Shown here one piece after another: positions 18,766 to 28,334 of a stretch of 64,000 nucleotides of DNA (position 1 is its first letter; the number at the start of each line of letters is the position of its first letter). This DNA is from Vulcanimicrobiota bacterium (GTDB lineage: Bacteria > Vulcanimicrobiota > Vulcanimicrobiia > Vulcanimicrobiales > Vulcanimicrobiaceae): positions 1,440,001 through 1,504,000 of the forward strand of contig OY970223.1 of the NCBI GenBank assembly GCA_963714015.1, given 5' to 3'. The notes under the pieces are model-generated. The model was not told the DNA's origin, searched no databases, and was given only the letters and a program-made list of their open reading frames with translations. The translations under genes and the position numbers were made by a program.

Positions 18766-20387
18766 GATTCGGCGATCTCGTCGACGCTACGACGGCATCG
18801 GCGCTGCGCATTGCTTGGCTTTACGAAGCGCTCGACGCGGTGAGCGAAGCCGGACGGCGCGCCGCGGAAAGGGTGCGGCCGTACCGCCCGGGGGAAGAGC
18901 CCGCGGCGCAGGCCCGCGCGCAGCGCATCGCAGAACTTGCGCAAATTATCGGCGCAGAATACGTCGACGGAATGCGCGACGCGCTCCGTACGTCGCCGGA
19001 CCCGATCCAAGCAATCTCTCGTGCCGGCATGGGCGGCATTCTCACCGATGCGAATCTTTTGGAACTGATGCGTTTCTTGGATGCCGTTTCTCGCGTGGAC
19101 GCGCTCCTGGAGACTTCGGGTGCGCCGATGCGCTTTACGAATGAAGACGCGCGAGCCGTCGCAGGCGCGCTCGAACATGGGCGCGCGGGAAAGTTCGGCT
19201 TCTACCTCTCCGATAAATTCGACTCGGCGCTGACTCGTGCCCGGACCGCGGAGGACCGCGCGCAAGCCGAATTCGAGGCGTTGCGAGGCAGACTTGCCAG
19301 TGCAGCGGCGAAGTCGTTAGGGCGAGACGATCTTTCCGGCAGCGAGTTTATCGTCATGCGCGATCCGGGGGTTCGCCTGCCGCCCGGCGTGCGCGTCGTA
19401 CGCGAGGCTCCGACCTACTTTCTGTGCGAACTCGAACTCGACGAGCCCGCGCTCGAAGCACTGCGCAGACGCGATGCGGCAGCCGATGCGGTCGCCGCAG
19501 CGGAAGAGGCTGTGCGCGCGCGACTCTCGGACGAAGTACGCGATCGCTCGAACGCACTCGAGGAGCTGCTCTCGGCAATCGGCGACTTCGACGTACTGCT
19601 CGCCGCAATTCGCTTCGCCCAGGAGCACGCGTGCACGGTTCCCCAGATTCTGAAAACTCAGTCGCTCACGTTCGAACTTGCGCGTTTCTTGCCGCTCCAG
19701 AGCGAACTTCAGGCCGAAGGACGGCGTTACGAGCCGATCTCGATCCAACTGGACGGCGTTGCGGTTTTGACCGGACCGAACATGGGCGGAAAGAGCGTTG
19801 CCCTGCGGACATGCGGGTTCATCGCGCTGCTCGTCGCCTTCGGGATTCCCGTGCCCGCCGAATCCGTTTCCTCTGCGCTCTTCGAACGAATTGCTTGGCT
19901 GGGGATCGGTTTTGGAGATGAAGCGGACGGGCTGCTCAGTTCGTTCGCTCGCGAAGTCGTGCGTTTGAAAGAATTGCTTGCGGTCAGGGCGGCACACTCG
20001 CTCGTGCTGATCGACGAGTTCGCGCGAACGACGACGCCGGCCGAAGGTAAGGCGTTGCTCGTGGCGCTTGTGCGCGGATTGGAACGCCGCGGGAAGACGG
20101 GATTCGTCGCGACGCATCTGGCCGGTATTGCGGAGGCCGCGGCCGTGCGCCATTTCGCGGTGCGCGGTCTGCGCGAGATTCCGGTGGCCGTCCCAAACGC
20201 GGATCTGCACGCGATTCTCGGCGCCCTTTCGCACGCAATGGATTACGCGATAGTTCCCATTACCGGCACCGTAGCGGCTCAGGGCGATGCAATCGCTTTG
20301 GCGCATCTGCTGGGACTCGACGACGACGTCGTAGCGGAGGCCGGCATGGTACTGGGCACCGAAAGTGCGGCCCCATGGACCCGCTGA
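18762..20387 (+). CDS. KamC-like MutS domain-V ATPase (putative B12 aminomutase reactivase ATPase)
   Basis: TGPNMGGKS, LSSFAREV, LIDEFARTT.PAEG, ATH and MDY; no MutS mismatch-binding or Smr domain. Confidence 0.75.
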   Translation: MRFGDLVDATTASALRIAWLYEALDAVSEAGRRAAERVRPYRPGEEPAAQARAQRIAELAQIIGAEYVDGMRDALRTSPDPIQAISRAGMGGILTDANLLELMRFLDAVSRVDALLETSGAPMRFTNEDARAVAGALEHGRAGKFGFYLSDKFDSALTRARTAEDRAQAEFEALRGRLASAAAKSLGRDDLSGSEFIVMRDPGVRLPPGVRVVREAPTYFLCELELDEPALEALRRRDAAADAVAAAEEAVRARLSDEVRDRSNALEELLSAIGDFDVLLAAIRFAQEHACTVPQILKTQSLTFELARFLPLQSELQAEGRRYEPISIQLDGVAVLTGPNMGGKSVALRTCGFIALLVAFGIPVPAESVSSALFERIAWLGIGFGDEADGLLSSFAREVVRLKELLAVRAAHSLVLIDEFARTTTPAEGKALLVALVRGLERRGKTGFVATHLAGIAEAAAVRHFAVRGLREIPVAVPNADLHAILGALSHAMDYAIVPITGTVAAQGDAIALAHLLGLDDDVVAEAGMVLGTESAAPWTR

Positions 20388-21202
20388 TCGTTACCGTCGC
20401 CCCCGTCGGGGCTGAATTGCGCCCCGAGCAGACGCCGCATCTGGCCGTGACCCCGCAGCAACTCGGCGAAGTCGCTCGCAAAAGCCGCGCCGCGGGTGCA
20501 TCCATCATTCACGTGCACTGCCGTACAGACGACGGCCGAAACACGCACGACGTCGATCGGTTTCGCGCGGCGTACGAGGCGATTCGATCGCAGAGCGACC
20601 TCATCGTGCAGTTCTCTACCGGCGGCGCTATCGGTATGAGTCCCGATGAGCGCGCTTCGGTGCTGCAGTTGCGGCCGGAGATGGCGACGCTCACGTGCGG
20701 AACGGTGAACTTCGGCGACGACGTGTTCGAAAACAGCTTTCCGATCATGCGCGGCATCCTGTCCAGAATGCAAGAATTCGGCGTGCGGCCGGAGCTCGAA
20801 ATATTCGACAAGGGGCACCTGAGCAACGCGCGGCGTCTGGAACGCGAAGGGCTGCTGCAGTTTCCGCAGCACGTCGACTTCGTGCTCGGGGTTCCGGGCG
20901 GACTCGATGCAACCGTTCCAAACTTATGCGATCTGGTCGGCGCCCTGCCGCCGGGATGCTCCTGGTCCGTTGCCGGAATCGGCCGGATGCAGCTGCCGAT
21001 GGCGATGGCGGCGATCGCAATGGGCGGCCACGTGCGCGTCGGCCTGGAGGATAACATTTATTATTCAAAGGGCCGGCTGGCTACGAACGAAGAGCTGGTC
21101 GCGCGCGTGGTGCGCATTGCAGGGGAGCTTGGCCGGCCGGTCGCCGAACCGGATGAAGCGCGGACGATTCTAGGTCTGCGCAAGGAGAAGGTTCCGGCTT
21201 AG
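20375..21202 (+). CDS. kce: 3-keto-5-aminohexanoate cleavage enzyme (BKACE/DUF849)
   Basis: AGASIIHVH.R, QFSTGGA, LTCGTVNFG, ELEIFD and GGHVRVGLEDN. Confidence 0.9.
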   Translation: MDPLIVTVAPVGAELRPEQTPHLAVTPQQLGEVARKSRAAGASIIHVHCRTDDGRNTHDVDRFRAAYEAIRSQSDLIVQFSTGGAIGMSPDERASVLQLRPEMATLTCGTVNFGDDVFENSFPIMRGILSRMQEFGVRPELEIFDKGHLSNARRLEREGLLQFPQHVDFVLGVPGGLDATVPNLCDLVGALPPGCSWSVAGIGRMQLPMAMAAIAMGGHVRVGLEDNIYYSKGRLATNEELVARVVRIAGELGRPVAEPDEARTILGLRKEKVPA

Positions 21203-21247
21203 CCAAGCGTCCAAACCCGCGCCCGATCATCCGCAAGGAGAACGCAG

Positions 21248-22222
21248 CTGTTCAATTACGTCGTTCGGCGAACGCTCCAATCCATTCCGCTGCTGATTTT
21301 GATCTCGCTCATTCTGTTCGTGATCTTGCACAGCGCGCCGGGCGGCGGGCTCGGGCCCTATCTCCAAAACCCGCACATCACCGCGGCCGACATCGCGCGG
21401 CTCAAGCACAACCTGGGCTACGACAAGCCGATACCGGTGCAGTACGTTCTTTGGCTGGGCCGCGTCGTGCAGGGAGATTTCGGATACTCCCTGAGCAACT
21501 CCGAGCCGGTGTTCAACGCGATCGTGGAGCGTTTGCCGGCGACGCTCGAGTTGATGATGAGCTCGTTCGTCATTGCGTTTCTGTTTGGGGTCGCAGCGGG
21601 ATTGTTTGCCGCCGTTCGTCCCTATTCGGTTTGGGACTACACCATTACGACGTTCGCGTTCTTCGGACAATCGATGCCCGTGTTTTGGTTTGCGCTCATG
21701 ATGCAACTCGCGTTCGCGGTGCACGGAATTCCTCTGCCGGGCGGTTATCAGATCACGCTGCCCTCGGCGGGAATTTCGAGTTCCGACACGTTCGACTTGG
21801 GCGATAGGGTCGTTCATCTGATTCTGCCGGCGATCGTTCTGGCGTTGTTGCAAGTGGCACTCTACAGCCGCTTCATGCGCAGCTCGATGCTCGAGGTGAT
21901 CCGCACGGATTACATGCGCACCGCCTGGGCTAAAGGGCTCAATTTTCGCACCGTGCTGTTCAAACACGGCTTGAAGAACGCGCTCATTCCGCTGGTCACC
22001 GTGACTGCGCTTTCACTGCCCGGAATCTTCGGCGGCGCCATCGTTACCGAAACGATCTTCGCGTGGCCCGGCGAAGGCCGCCTCTTCTTCAATGCGCTCG
22101 GTCAGCAAGACATCGCACTGATGATGGGTTACCTCGTCTTCAATGCCTTTCTGGTCGTATTTTTCAACTTGTTCGCCGACGTCGCTTACGCATGGCTCGA
22201 TCCGCGCGTGAAGTACGACTAA
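21248..22222 (+). CDS. oppB: Oligopeptide/dipeptide ABC transporter permease (OppB/DppB); probable CTG start
   Basis: (M)FNYVVRRTLQSIPLL N-terminus after AAGGAG; GDFGYS, RLPATLEL, DYMRTAWAKGL and ETIFAWPG.G. Confidence 0.92.
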   Translation: MFNYVVRRTLQSIPLLILISLILFVILHSAPGGGLGPYLQNPHITAADIARLKHNLGYDKPIPVQYVLWLGRVVQGDFGYSLSNSEPVFNAIVERLPATLELMMSSFVIAFLFGVAAGLFAAVRPYSVWDYTITTFAFFGQSMPVFWFALMMQLAFAVHGIPLPGGYQITLPSAGISSSDTFDLGDRVVHLILPAIVLALLQVALYSRFMRSSMLEVIRTDYMRTAWAKGLNFRTVLFKHGLKNALIPLVTVTALSLPGIFGGAIVTETIFAWPGEGRLFFNALGQQDIALMMGYLVFNAFLVVFFNLFADVAYAWLDPRVKYD

Positions 22223-22233
22223 AGGAATCGGGC

Positions 22234-23172
22234 ATGGCACTTGCGGCACCCTTGAATCAGCCGATCGCCGAAGACGACAGTTTCGTCTACAGTAAGAACA
22301 CGGTTTGGAAGCGGTTCCGCAGACACCGCTTGGCAATGGTCGGCGCGATCGTGCTGCTTCTGCTGATCGTCATCGCCGTGTCCGCACCCAAGATTGCGCC
22401 GTACGATCCCAACGCCATCGACAACGTGCACTGGCAGGGTAATCCCCTTCCGCCGTGCTTTCAAGATGCGGGGCAGTGCGGCGGCCATTCTCTTGGCACC
22501 GACGAAAACGGCCGCGACGAACTCGCCCGATTGATCTTCGGCGCCCGGATTTCGCTGACGGTCGGCGTAGCGGCGGTGGCCATGGAGCTGGTCATCGGAA
22601 CGCTGCTCGGTGCAATCGCCGGGTTCTACGGCGGGTGGATCGACTACGTCGTCATGCGGATCACGGACGTCTTCTTGTCGATCCCCCTGCTGCCGCTGCT
22701 CCTTACGCTTACCGCGATCGTGGCGGCAAGCAGCAGTAAGGCCTCTCTCGGCTTCGGGGTCATCGTCGTCATCATCGGAGCACTCTCTTGGCCGGGGGTC
22801 GCGCGACTGGTCCGCGCCTCTTATCTCTCGCTTCGGGAGCGCGAATATACTGAAGCAGCCAGGGCGGTCGGCAATGGCGATGCACGCATCATGTTGCGCC
22901 ACTTGCTGCCGAACGCCATCGCACCCATCATCGTTCAGGCAACATTGGACGTCGCGGCCGTCATTGTGGTCGAGTCGACACTCTCGTTTCTCGGCTTCGG
23001 CATTCAGCCGCCGACCGCGTCCTGGGGCAACATGCTTGCCAACGCAGAGAGCAACCTGGAAGTGGCCTGGTGGGCCGCGGTCTTCCCGGGCCTTTGCATC
23101 TTGATTACGGTACTGGCAATCAACTACATCGGCGACGGCCTTCGCGACGCGCTCGACCCGAATATGCGCTAA
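22234..23172 (+). CDS. oppC: Oligopeptide/dipeptide ABC transporter permease (OppC/DppC)
   Basis: LGTDENGRD, GARISL, EYTEAARAVG, HLLPN and GDGLRDALDP. Confidence 0.94.
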   Translation: MALAAPLNQPIAEDDSFVYSKNTVWKRFRRHRLAMVGAIVLLLLIVIAVSAPKIAPYDPNAIDNVHWQGNPLPPCFQDAGQCGGHSLGTDENGRDELARLIFGARISLTVGVAAVAMELVIGTLLGAIAGFYGGWIDYVVMRITDVFLSIPLLPLLLTLTAIVAASSSKASLGFGVIVVIIGALSWPGVARLVRASYLSLREREYTEAARAVGNGDARIMLRHLLPNAIAPIIVQATLDVAAVIVVESTLSFLGFGIQPPTASWGNMLANAESNLEVAWWAAVFPGLCILITVLAINYIGDGLRDALDPNMR

Positions 23173-23178
23173 TCGTGC

Positions 23179-23207
23179 TTGACCACCCGAGCCCGAACCG
23201 ATAGACT
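23179..23207 (+). promoter_or_regulatory. Sigma70-type promoter for tRNA-Leu
   Basis: TTGACC-17 bp-TAGACT, 47 bp upstream of the tRNA. Confidence 0.75.
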
Positions 23208-23254
23208 CTTTCAGTTAGTCGGCGCCGTCGTAGCAGCCGATGAGCAGCACTTAT

Positions 23255-23338
23255 GCGCGAGTGGCGGAATTGGTAGACGCACTAGCTTGAGGTGCTAGCG
23301 GGAGCAATCCCGTGCTGGTTCGAGTCCAGTCTTGCGCA
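23255..23338 (+). tRNA. tRNA-Leu (anticodon GAG); CCA not encoded
   Basis: Acceptor GCGCGAG/CTTGCGC, D-arm GGCGGAATTGGTAGACGC, anticodon arm CTAGC-TTGAGGT-GCTAG, long variable arm, T-arm CTGG-TTCGAGT-CCAG. Confidence 0.97.
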
Positions 23339-23648
23339 TAAAAAAAAGCTTGTCTCGCTGTTTTTTCATGCGCCGGAACGAACTCGAACGCTTTAACAGG
23401 CGCTCGGCATAGATGCCTAAGCGCCCCTACCGGCACAGCCGGCAGGGCACCCCGCCGGGCTTAGGACTCCGGGCCGCCCGAGTTACAAAATAGCCGTCTC
23501 GGGTGCTTCCCTATGGGCGTCACGCCGATATAGGTTAGGCGTTCCAATCTGCGGCGTTGCTAAGACGCCGACCAAAAGTAAGTTCTGAAACCTGTGGGCG
23601 GTCCGCATCGTAAAGTAAAGCATACGGCGCCGTCGAGGAGTCTTTATC

Positions 23649-26600
23649 GTGTGGTTGACCCGTTTTGCAATTACCCGTCCAATCATCACCGCCATGGTGT
23701 TCATCGCACTGGCGATCTTTGGGTTGATTTCGTTTTTGCAACTCGGCCGCAGTTCGAACCCCCCGGGGACGACGTATCCGGTCGTTGTCGTGTCGGCCTC
23801 GTATCCGGGCGCTTCGCCGCAAGATATGGAGCGCATGGTCGTCAAGCCGATCGAAGATCAGATGACCGGCGTAGACAATCTCGACCACATTACGGCGACG
23901 ATTCAAGAAGGAACCGCCAGTGTCGCGGTGTTCTTCCTGATCGGTAAGGGGAACTACGATCTGGAGGCGGTCGACGTGCAGCGCCGGGTCGATACCGCGC
24001 GAATTTACATGCCGACCGATCTGAATCCGCCCGTCGTGATCAAAGCGGGCGGTCAGGAACCGCCGATTATCGATCTTGCGGTGAGTTCCAAATCGCTTAA
24101 CCAGACGCAGATCGCCGATCTCATCAACAATCAGGTCGAACCGCAGATAGCGCAGATCCCCAACGTGCAGTCGGTCGATGTCTACGGCGCGGCCGACCGT
24201 GAGTTCCACGTGGAGCCCTCGCCCGTGCGGCTGCTCGGGACAAACGCCACGCTTTCGGACGTTTTTAATGCCGTCGCGAACAACAATTTGAACGTTCCCG
24301 GCGGGCTCATGACCCAGCCCACGCGCGAAGCGACCGTTGCCATTCACTCGTACGTGAACACTGCAAACGATCTGCTGGGCATTCCGCTACCCGTACCGGG
24401 TGCCGCCAACAAGAACCTGCGCATCGGCGACGTCGCGAGCGCCTCCGACAGTCACATCGAAATGCGTTCGATCTCGCATTACAACGGCCAGCCGCGCGTC
24501 TACGTCTCGCTGAACCCGACGATTGACGCAGACCAAATCAAGGCAACCCAGGTCGCACGGCAGCAGCTGAAGATTATCGAAGCGCGCTTTCCGCAGCTGC
24601 AGTTCGTAGAAGAAGACGCCCAAGCAGACGTCACGGCCAAAGAACTTTGGGGCGTCGGTCAATCGCTGATAGAAGGCATCGTCCTGACGGCTATCGTGAT
24701 GATGCTTTTCCTGCACGCCTGGCGCAACGCCGTGGTCGTGCTCGTGGCGATCCCGTCTTCAATTCTATCGACGTTCATCCTGATGCGGCTCTTCGGTTTC
24801 CACATCGACGATCTCTCGATGATGGGGCTCTCGCTCATCATCGGAATCTTGGTCGACGACTCGATTGTCGTCTTGGAAAATATCACCCGGCATAGGGACA
24901 TGGGGCAAGACCCCATCAACGCGGCGATAAACGGCCGCAACGAAATCGGAAGCGCCGCCATCGCGATCACGATGGTCGACGTCGTCGTCTTCCTTCCTAT
25001 CGCGCTGCTGCCGGGGATCACGGGCGAATATTTGAAAGAATATGGAGCGGTCGTCGTAACCGCGACGCTTTTCTCGCTTTTCGTGTCCTTCACGCTCACG
25101 CCGCTGCTTGCCGCAAGATGGAGCATGCGCAGCCGCTCGGAGGCGCAGCCGAAGTGGCTTTCCGCGCTGGACGATCGCAGGCTCGACGCGCTCCTCGTGA
25201 TCGTTGCCGTCGCGCTGTGGTTCGGAGGCAGCGCGACGGGCTGGTTCCTCATGAACGTCCTCGGCGTCTTCATCGTTGCGCTGCTGATTCTGAACTTCAT
25301 CGTACACCGCTACGACGTCATGACGCGAGTCTACAGAGACCATCTTTTGCCGTTCGCGCTTGCACACGGAGCATTCGTAGTCTTCGTATGCGCCGTGCTT
25401 CTCCTGAATGCGCTCGCGCTGGTCGGGAACGGAAAAAACGCCCTTCCGCTCGATGCCGTGGTCCTTACCGGAACGCTGCTCTGTTACGGCATCGCCTGGG
25501 CGCTGCGCAACTTTACCGGCCGGCGCAAAGGGTTCGCGACCCTTGGAACGCACCGGCCCACCGCGATTGCGACTATTATCCTGCCTGTCGTTGCCGGTTT
25601 GATTATGTGGTCGCTCGGCGGAATCAGCTTCGACTTCTTCCCCGCGGAGCAGACGGGCGTGATCAACATGACGGTGAGCTATCCGTCCGGAACGCCGATC
25701 GCTACCACGGACGGGTTCGTAACCAAACTCGAACAGGGACTCTTGAAGGTCAAGGATATGAAGTCCGTCAGTTCGACCGTCGGTATGAAACCCTCAGGTT
25801 TCGGCTCGACTACGGGTGGAAACTTTGCGGAGCTGACGGCGCAAGTCAAAGACGGTCATTATGGGGAAACGAACGCGATCGTCAAGCAGATTCGCGGTAT
25901 GGGATATCTGGTACCCGGTGGGGACTTGCAGGTTAACCAACAATCGGGCGGAGGCGGCGGCGGCGGCTCGGCAATATTCTATTCGCTCACCGGACCCGAA
26001 GACGAGATTGGTCCTGCAGCAGAAAAAGTCGCCAAATACCTGCGCGGCATTCCGGGCTCCGTCAACGTTCAGACTTCGGCGGAGATCGCCGCACCGCGCC
26101 TGAACGTCGACATCGATCAATCCAAAGCCGAGCTGCTCGGCGTGGCCCCATCGGATGCTGCGAACGTCGCGCGTATTGCCGTAGACGGCGCGGTTGCAAC
26201 GAAGGTGCGAACGCAGAACGGTTTGGTCGACGTCCGGGTGCAATTCCCGCTCGCGCAGCGCAGCACGGTCGAGCAGCTGGAGAATGTGCGCGTTCGCGCC
26301 CAGGATGGTACGCTCGTGCCGCTGGGTGACGTCGCTACGTTTACTTGGACCAAAGCGCCGACCCGCATCGAACGGCTCAATCGCCAGCGCGTCGTCAACG
26401 TGACGAGCGATCTGCTGCCGGGTTACTCCACCGGTCAAGTGCAGGGACCGCTCGAGAAGAAAATGGCCGAGCCGGGATTCCTGCCCAGCGGCGTCTCGCC
26501 GGCGGCGCAGGGCAACTCGCAATGGGTCAACGAGACGATGATGAACATGGGCATCGCTCTGCTGACGTCGTTCATGCTCGTCTACATGCTCATGGTCATC

Positions 26601-27113
26601 CTCTACGGCTCGTTCCTCGAACCGCTGATCGTGATGTTCTCCGTGCCGCTCGCCGTTATCGGCGCATTGATCTTCCTTGCAATTATGGGACGCATACAGC
26701 CGCAGCAGGGACAGTCGCTCAACATCATCTCGATCCTCGGCATCATCATGCTCTTCGGTCTCGTTGCCAAGAATGGTATTCTGTTGGTCGACTACTCGAA
26801 TACGCTCATCAAACGCGGGATGCGCGTGCGCGACGCAGTGCTCCAGGCGGCGGCGACGCGTTTCCGGCCGATCGTCATGACGACGGCAGCAATGATCTTC
26901 GGCATGCTTCCGCTGGCTCTGGGATATGCCGAAGGCGGCGAGTGGCGGCAAGCGATGGGCACCGTCATCATCGGCGGCCTCATCAGCTCCCTCATCCTCA
27001 CGCTATTTCTCGTGCCGATGATTTACAACACGTGGTTGGGCTATTACGAGCACAAGGCGGACCAACGCGCCGTAGCGGAGGAGCTCAAGGTTCAGCCCGT
27101 TCTGACCAATTAA
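23649..27113 (+). CDS. RND efflux permease (AcrB/AcrD/AcrF family) with a hydrophobic central insertion
   Basis: YPGASP, GILVDDSIVVLENI, VSFTLTP, GLVAKNGILLVD and RFRPIVMTT; GAGGAG SD. Confidence 0.95.
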   Translation: MWLTRFAITRPIITAMVFIALAIFGLISFLQLGRSSNPPGTTYPVVVVSASYPGASPQDMERMVVKPIEDQMTGVDNLDHITATIQEGTASVAVFFLIGKGNYDLEAVDVQRRVDTARIYMPTDLNPPVVIKAGGQEPPIIDLAVSSKSLNQTQIADLINNQVEPQIAQIPNVQSVDVYGAADREFHVEPSPVRLLGTNATLSDVFNAVANNNLNVPGGLMTQPTREATVAIHSYVNTANDLLGIPLPVPGAANKNLRIGDVASASDSHIEMRSISHYNGQPRVYVSLNPTIDADQIKATQVARQQLKIIEARFPQLQFVEEDAQADVTAKELWGVGQSLIEGIVLTAIVMMLFLHAWRNAVVVLVAIPSSILSTFILMRLFGFHIDDLSMMGLSLIIGILVDDSIVVLENITRHRDMGQDPINAAINGRNEIGSAAIAITMVDVVVFLPIALLPGITGEYLKEYGAVVVTATLFSLFVSFTLTPLLAARWSMRSRSEAQPKWLSALDDRRLDALLVIVAVALWFGGSATGWFLMNVLGVFIVALLILNFIVHRYDVMTRVYRDHLLPFALAHGAFVVFVCAVLLLNALALVGNGKNALPLDAVVLTGTLLCYGIAWALRNFTGRRKGFATLGTHRPTAIATIILPVVAGLIMWSLGGISFDFFPAEQTGVINMTVSYPSGTPIATTDGFVTKLEQGLLKVKDMKSVSSTVGMKPSGFGSTTGGNFAELTAQVKDGHYGETNAIVKQIRGMGYLVPGGDLQVNQQSGGGGGGGSAIFYSLTGPEDEIGPAAEKVAKYLRGIPGSVNVQTSAEIAAPRLNVDIDQSKAELLGVAPSDAANVARIAVDGAVATKVRTQNGLVDVRVQFPLAQRSTVEQLENVRVRAQDGTLVPLGDVATFTWTKAPTRIERLNRQRVVNVTSDLLPGYSTGQVQGPLEKKMAEPGFLPSGVSPAAQGNSQWVNETMMNMGIALLTSFMLVYMLMVILYGSFLEPLIVMFSVPLAVIGALIFLAIMGRIQPQQGQSLNIISILGIIMLFGLVAKNGILLVDYSNTLIKRGMRVRDAVLQAAATRFRPIVMTTAAMIFGMLPLALGYAEGGEWRQAMGTVIIGGLISSLILTLFLVPMIYNTWLGYYEHKADQRAVAEELKVQPVLTN

Positions 27114-27227
27114 TCGAAGCAGCCGGTTGCCGCAGGATGACACGCTTGGAAGCAAGCGTGCAGAGTTAAGCCGCAGCGCTGGGTAAGCGTTCTCTCGGAA
27201 AGCCGTTATCTCGGAGGAGAAGAGAGA

Positions 27228-28277
27228 ATGCAATCATTGAAACGCCCTGCGGGCTGGGCACTGAGCGTCATGCTTGCGCTTGCCGCGGCGACGGGACCAC
27301 TTGCGGCCGCAAACGTCACTGTCGTCGTGAATGGGCAAGTGATGTCGTTCGATCAGCCGCCCGTCATGCAAAACAGCCGCGTTTTCGTTCCTATGCGCGC
27401 GATCTTCGAGCGTCTCGGATCGACCGTGGTGTATGCAAACAACAACATCAATGCTCAGGGCAACGGACGATCGGTTCATCTGACGATCGGCTCGCCTCAA
27501 GCGATGATCAACGGGCAAAACACGACGCTGGACGTCGCTCCGTTTTCCGTTGCCGGCCGCACCGAAGTGCCGCTGCGCTTCGTTGCGGAGTCGTTGGGCG
27601 CCAAAGTGAACTGGGATGCAAATACGTCCACCGTCTACATTTCGACCTCGGGCGGGGGAACGAGCCAGAACTACGGACCGAGTTCGTCGGTCTATCTCAG
27701 CGACGTTCATCCCGGCCGCGGAGCATCGATCAACACGACGCATCCGGCGATTCGCGCGACGTTCAGCCAGTCGATACGCCGCGACTCGCTGCGAGTGAGC
27801 ATCGACGGACATGACGTCACACCGTTGGTTTATGCCAATTCAAACGGATTCAACGTCACGCCGAATTTCGAACTGACCCCGGGCACGCATCGCGTTACCG
27901 CAACCGGAACGACCGAAAGCGGCGGGAGCTTTAGTACCGGCTGGTCCTTTACGACGGGCGCCGGCGCGGCAGCGAATTCGATTATGAATCTCTCGCCGTC
28001 GCCGGGAAGCTCCGTGGGCAGCTCGTTCACGATCTCCGGGCGCACGCGTCCGGGTTCGAGCATACACATCGTGGCGACCGGAGCCGCGAGCGCGCTTGGC
28101 GGACTGCTGCAGGTGGGAACCGGAACGTTCCAAACCGACGTTCAGGCCGATGCAAACGGAAACTTCAGCGCACCGATTGCGCTCAACGCCGTTTCGGGCG
28201 GCCAGGTTCGCGTCATCATCACCTCGACCGCGCCGGACGGCGCCTCTATTGAACGAAACGTCGTCTACACCAGCTGA
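27228..28277 (+). CDS. Secreted copper-amine-oxidase N-terminal (stalk) domain protein with Ig-like domains
   Basis: Signal peptide; SRVFVPMRAIFERLG and GRTEVPLRFVAESLGAKVNWD; GGAGG SD. Confidence 0.88.
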   Translation: MQSLKRPAGWALSVMLALAAATGPLAAANVTVVVNGQVMSFDQPPVMQNSRVFVPMRAIFERLGSTVVYANNNINAQGNGRSVHLTIGSPQAMINGQNTTLDVAPFSVAGRTEVPLRFVAESLGAKVNWDANTSTVYISTSGGGTSQNYGPSSSVYLSDVHPGRGASINTTHPAIRATFSQSIRRDSLRVSIDGHDVTPLVYANSNGFNVTPNFELTPGTHRVTATGTTESGGSFSTGWSFTTGAGAAANSIMNLSPSPGSSVGSSFTISGRTRPGSSIHIVATGAASALGGLLQVGTGTFQTDVQADANGNFSAPIALNAVSGGQVRVIITSTAPDGASIERNVVYTS

Positions 28278-28334
28278 TCAGCCGGAATGCGGCGCCGGGA
28301 AACCGGCGCCGCACCCTCGAACCGGCCCCCTTCC

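Noticed and set aside
18762..20387. MutS/MutS2 DNA-repair gene
   Set aside because: Only the ATPase domain is recognisable, with no mismatch-binding, clamp or Smr domain. The kamB-like and kce neighbours point to a KamC-type role.
23255..23400. tRNA-anchored integrative element
   Set aside because: No integrase, and I did not see a duplicated tRNA 3' end elsewhere in the window.
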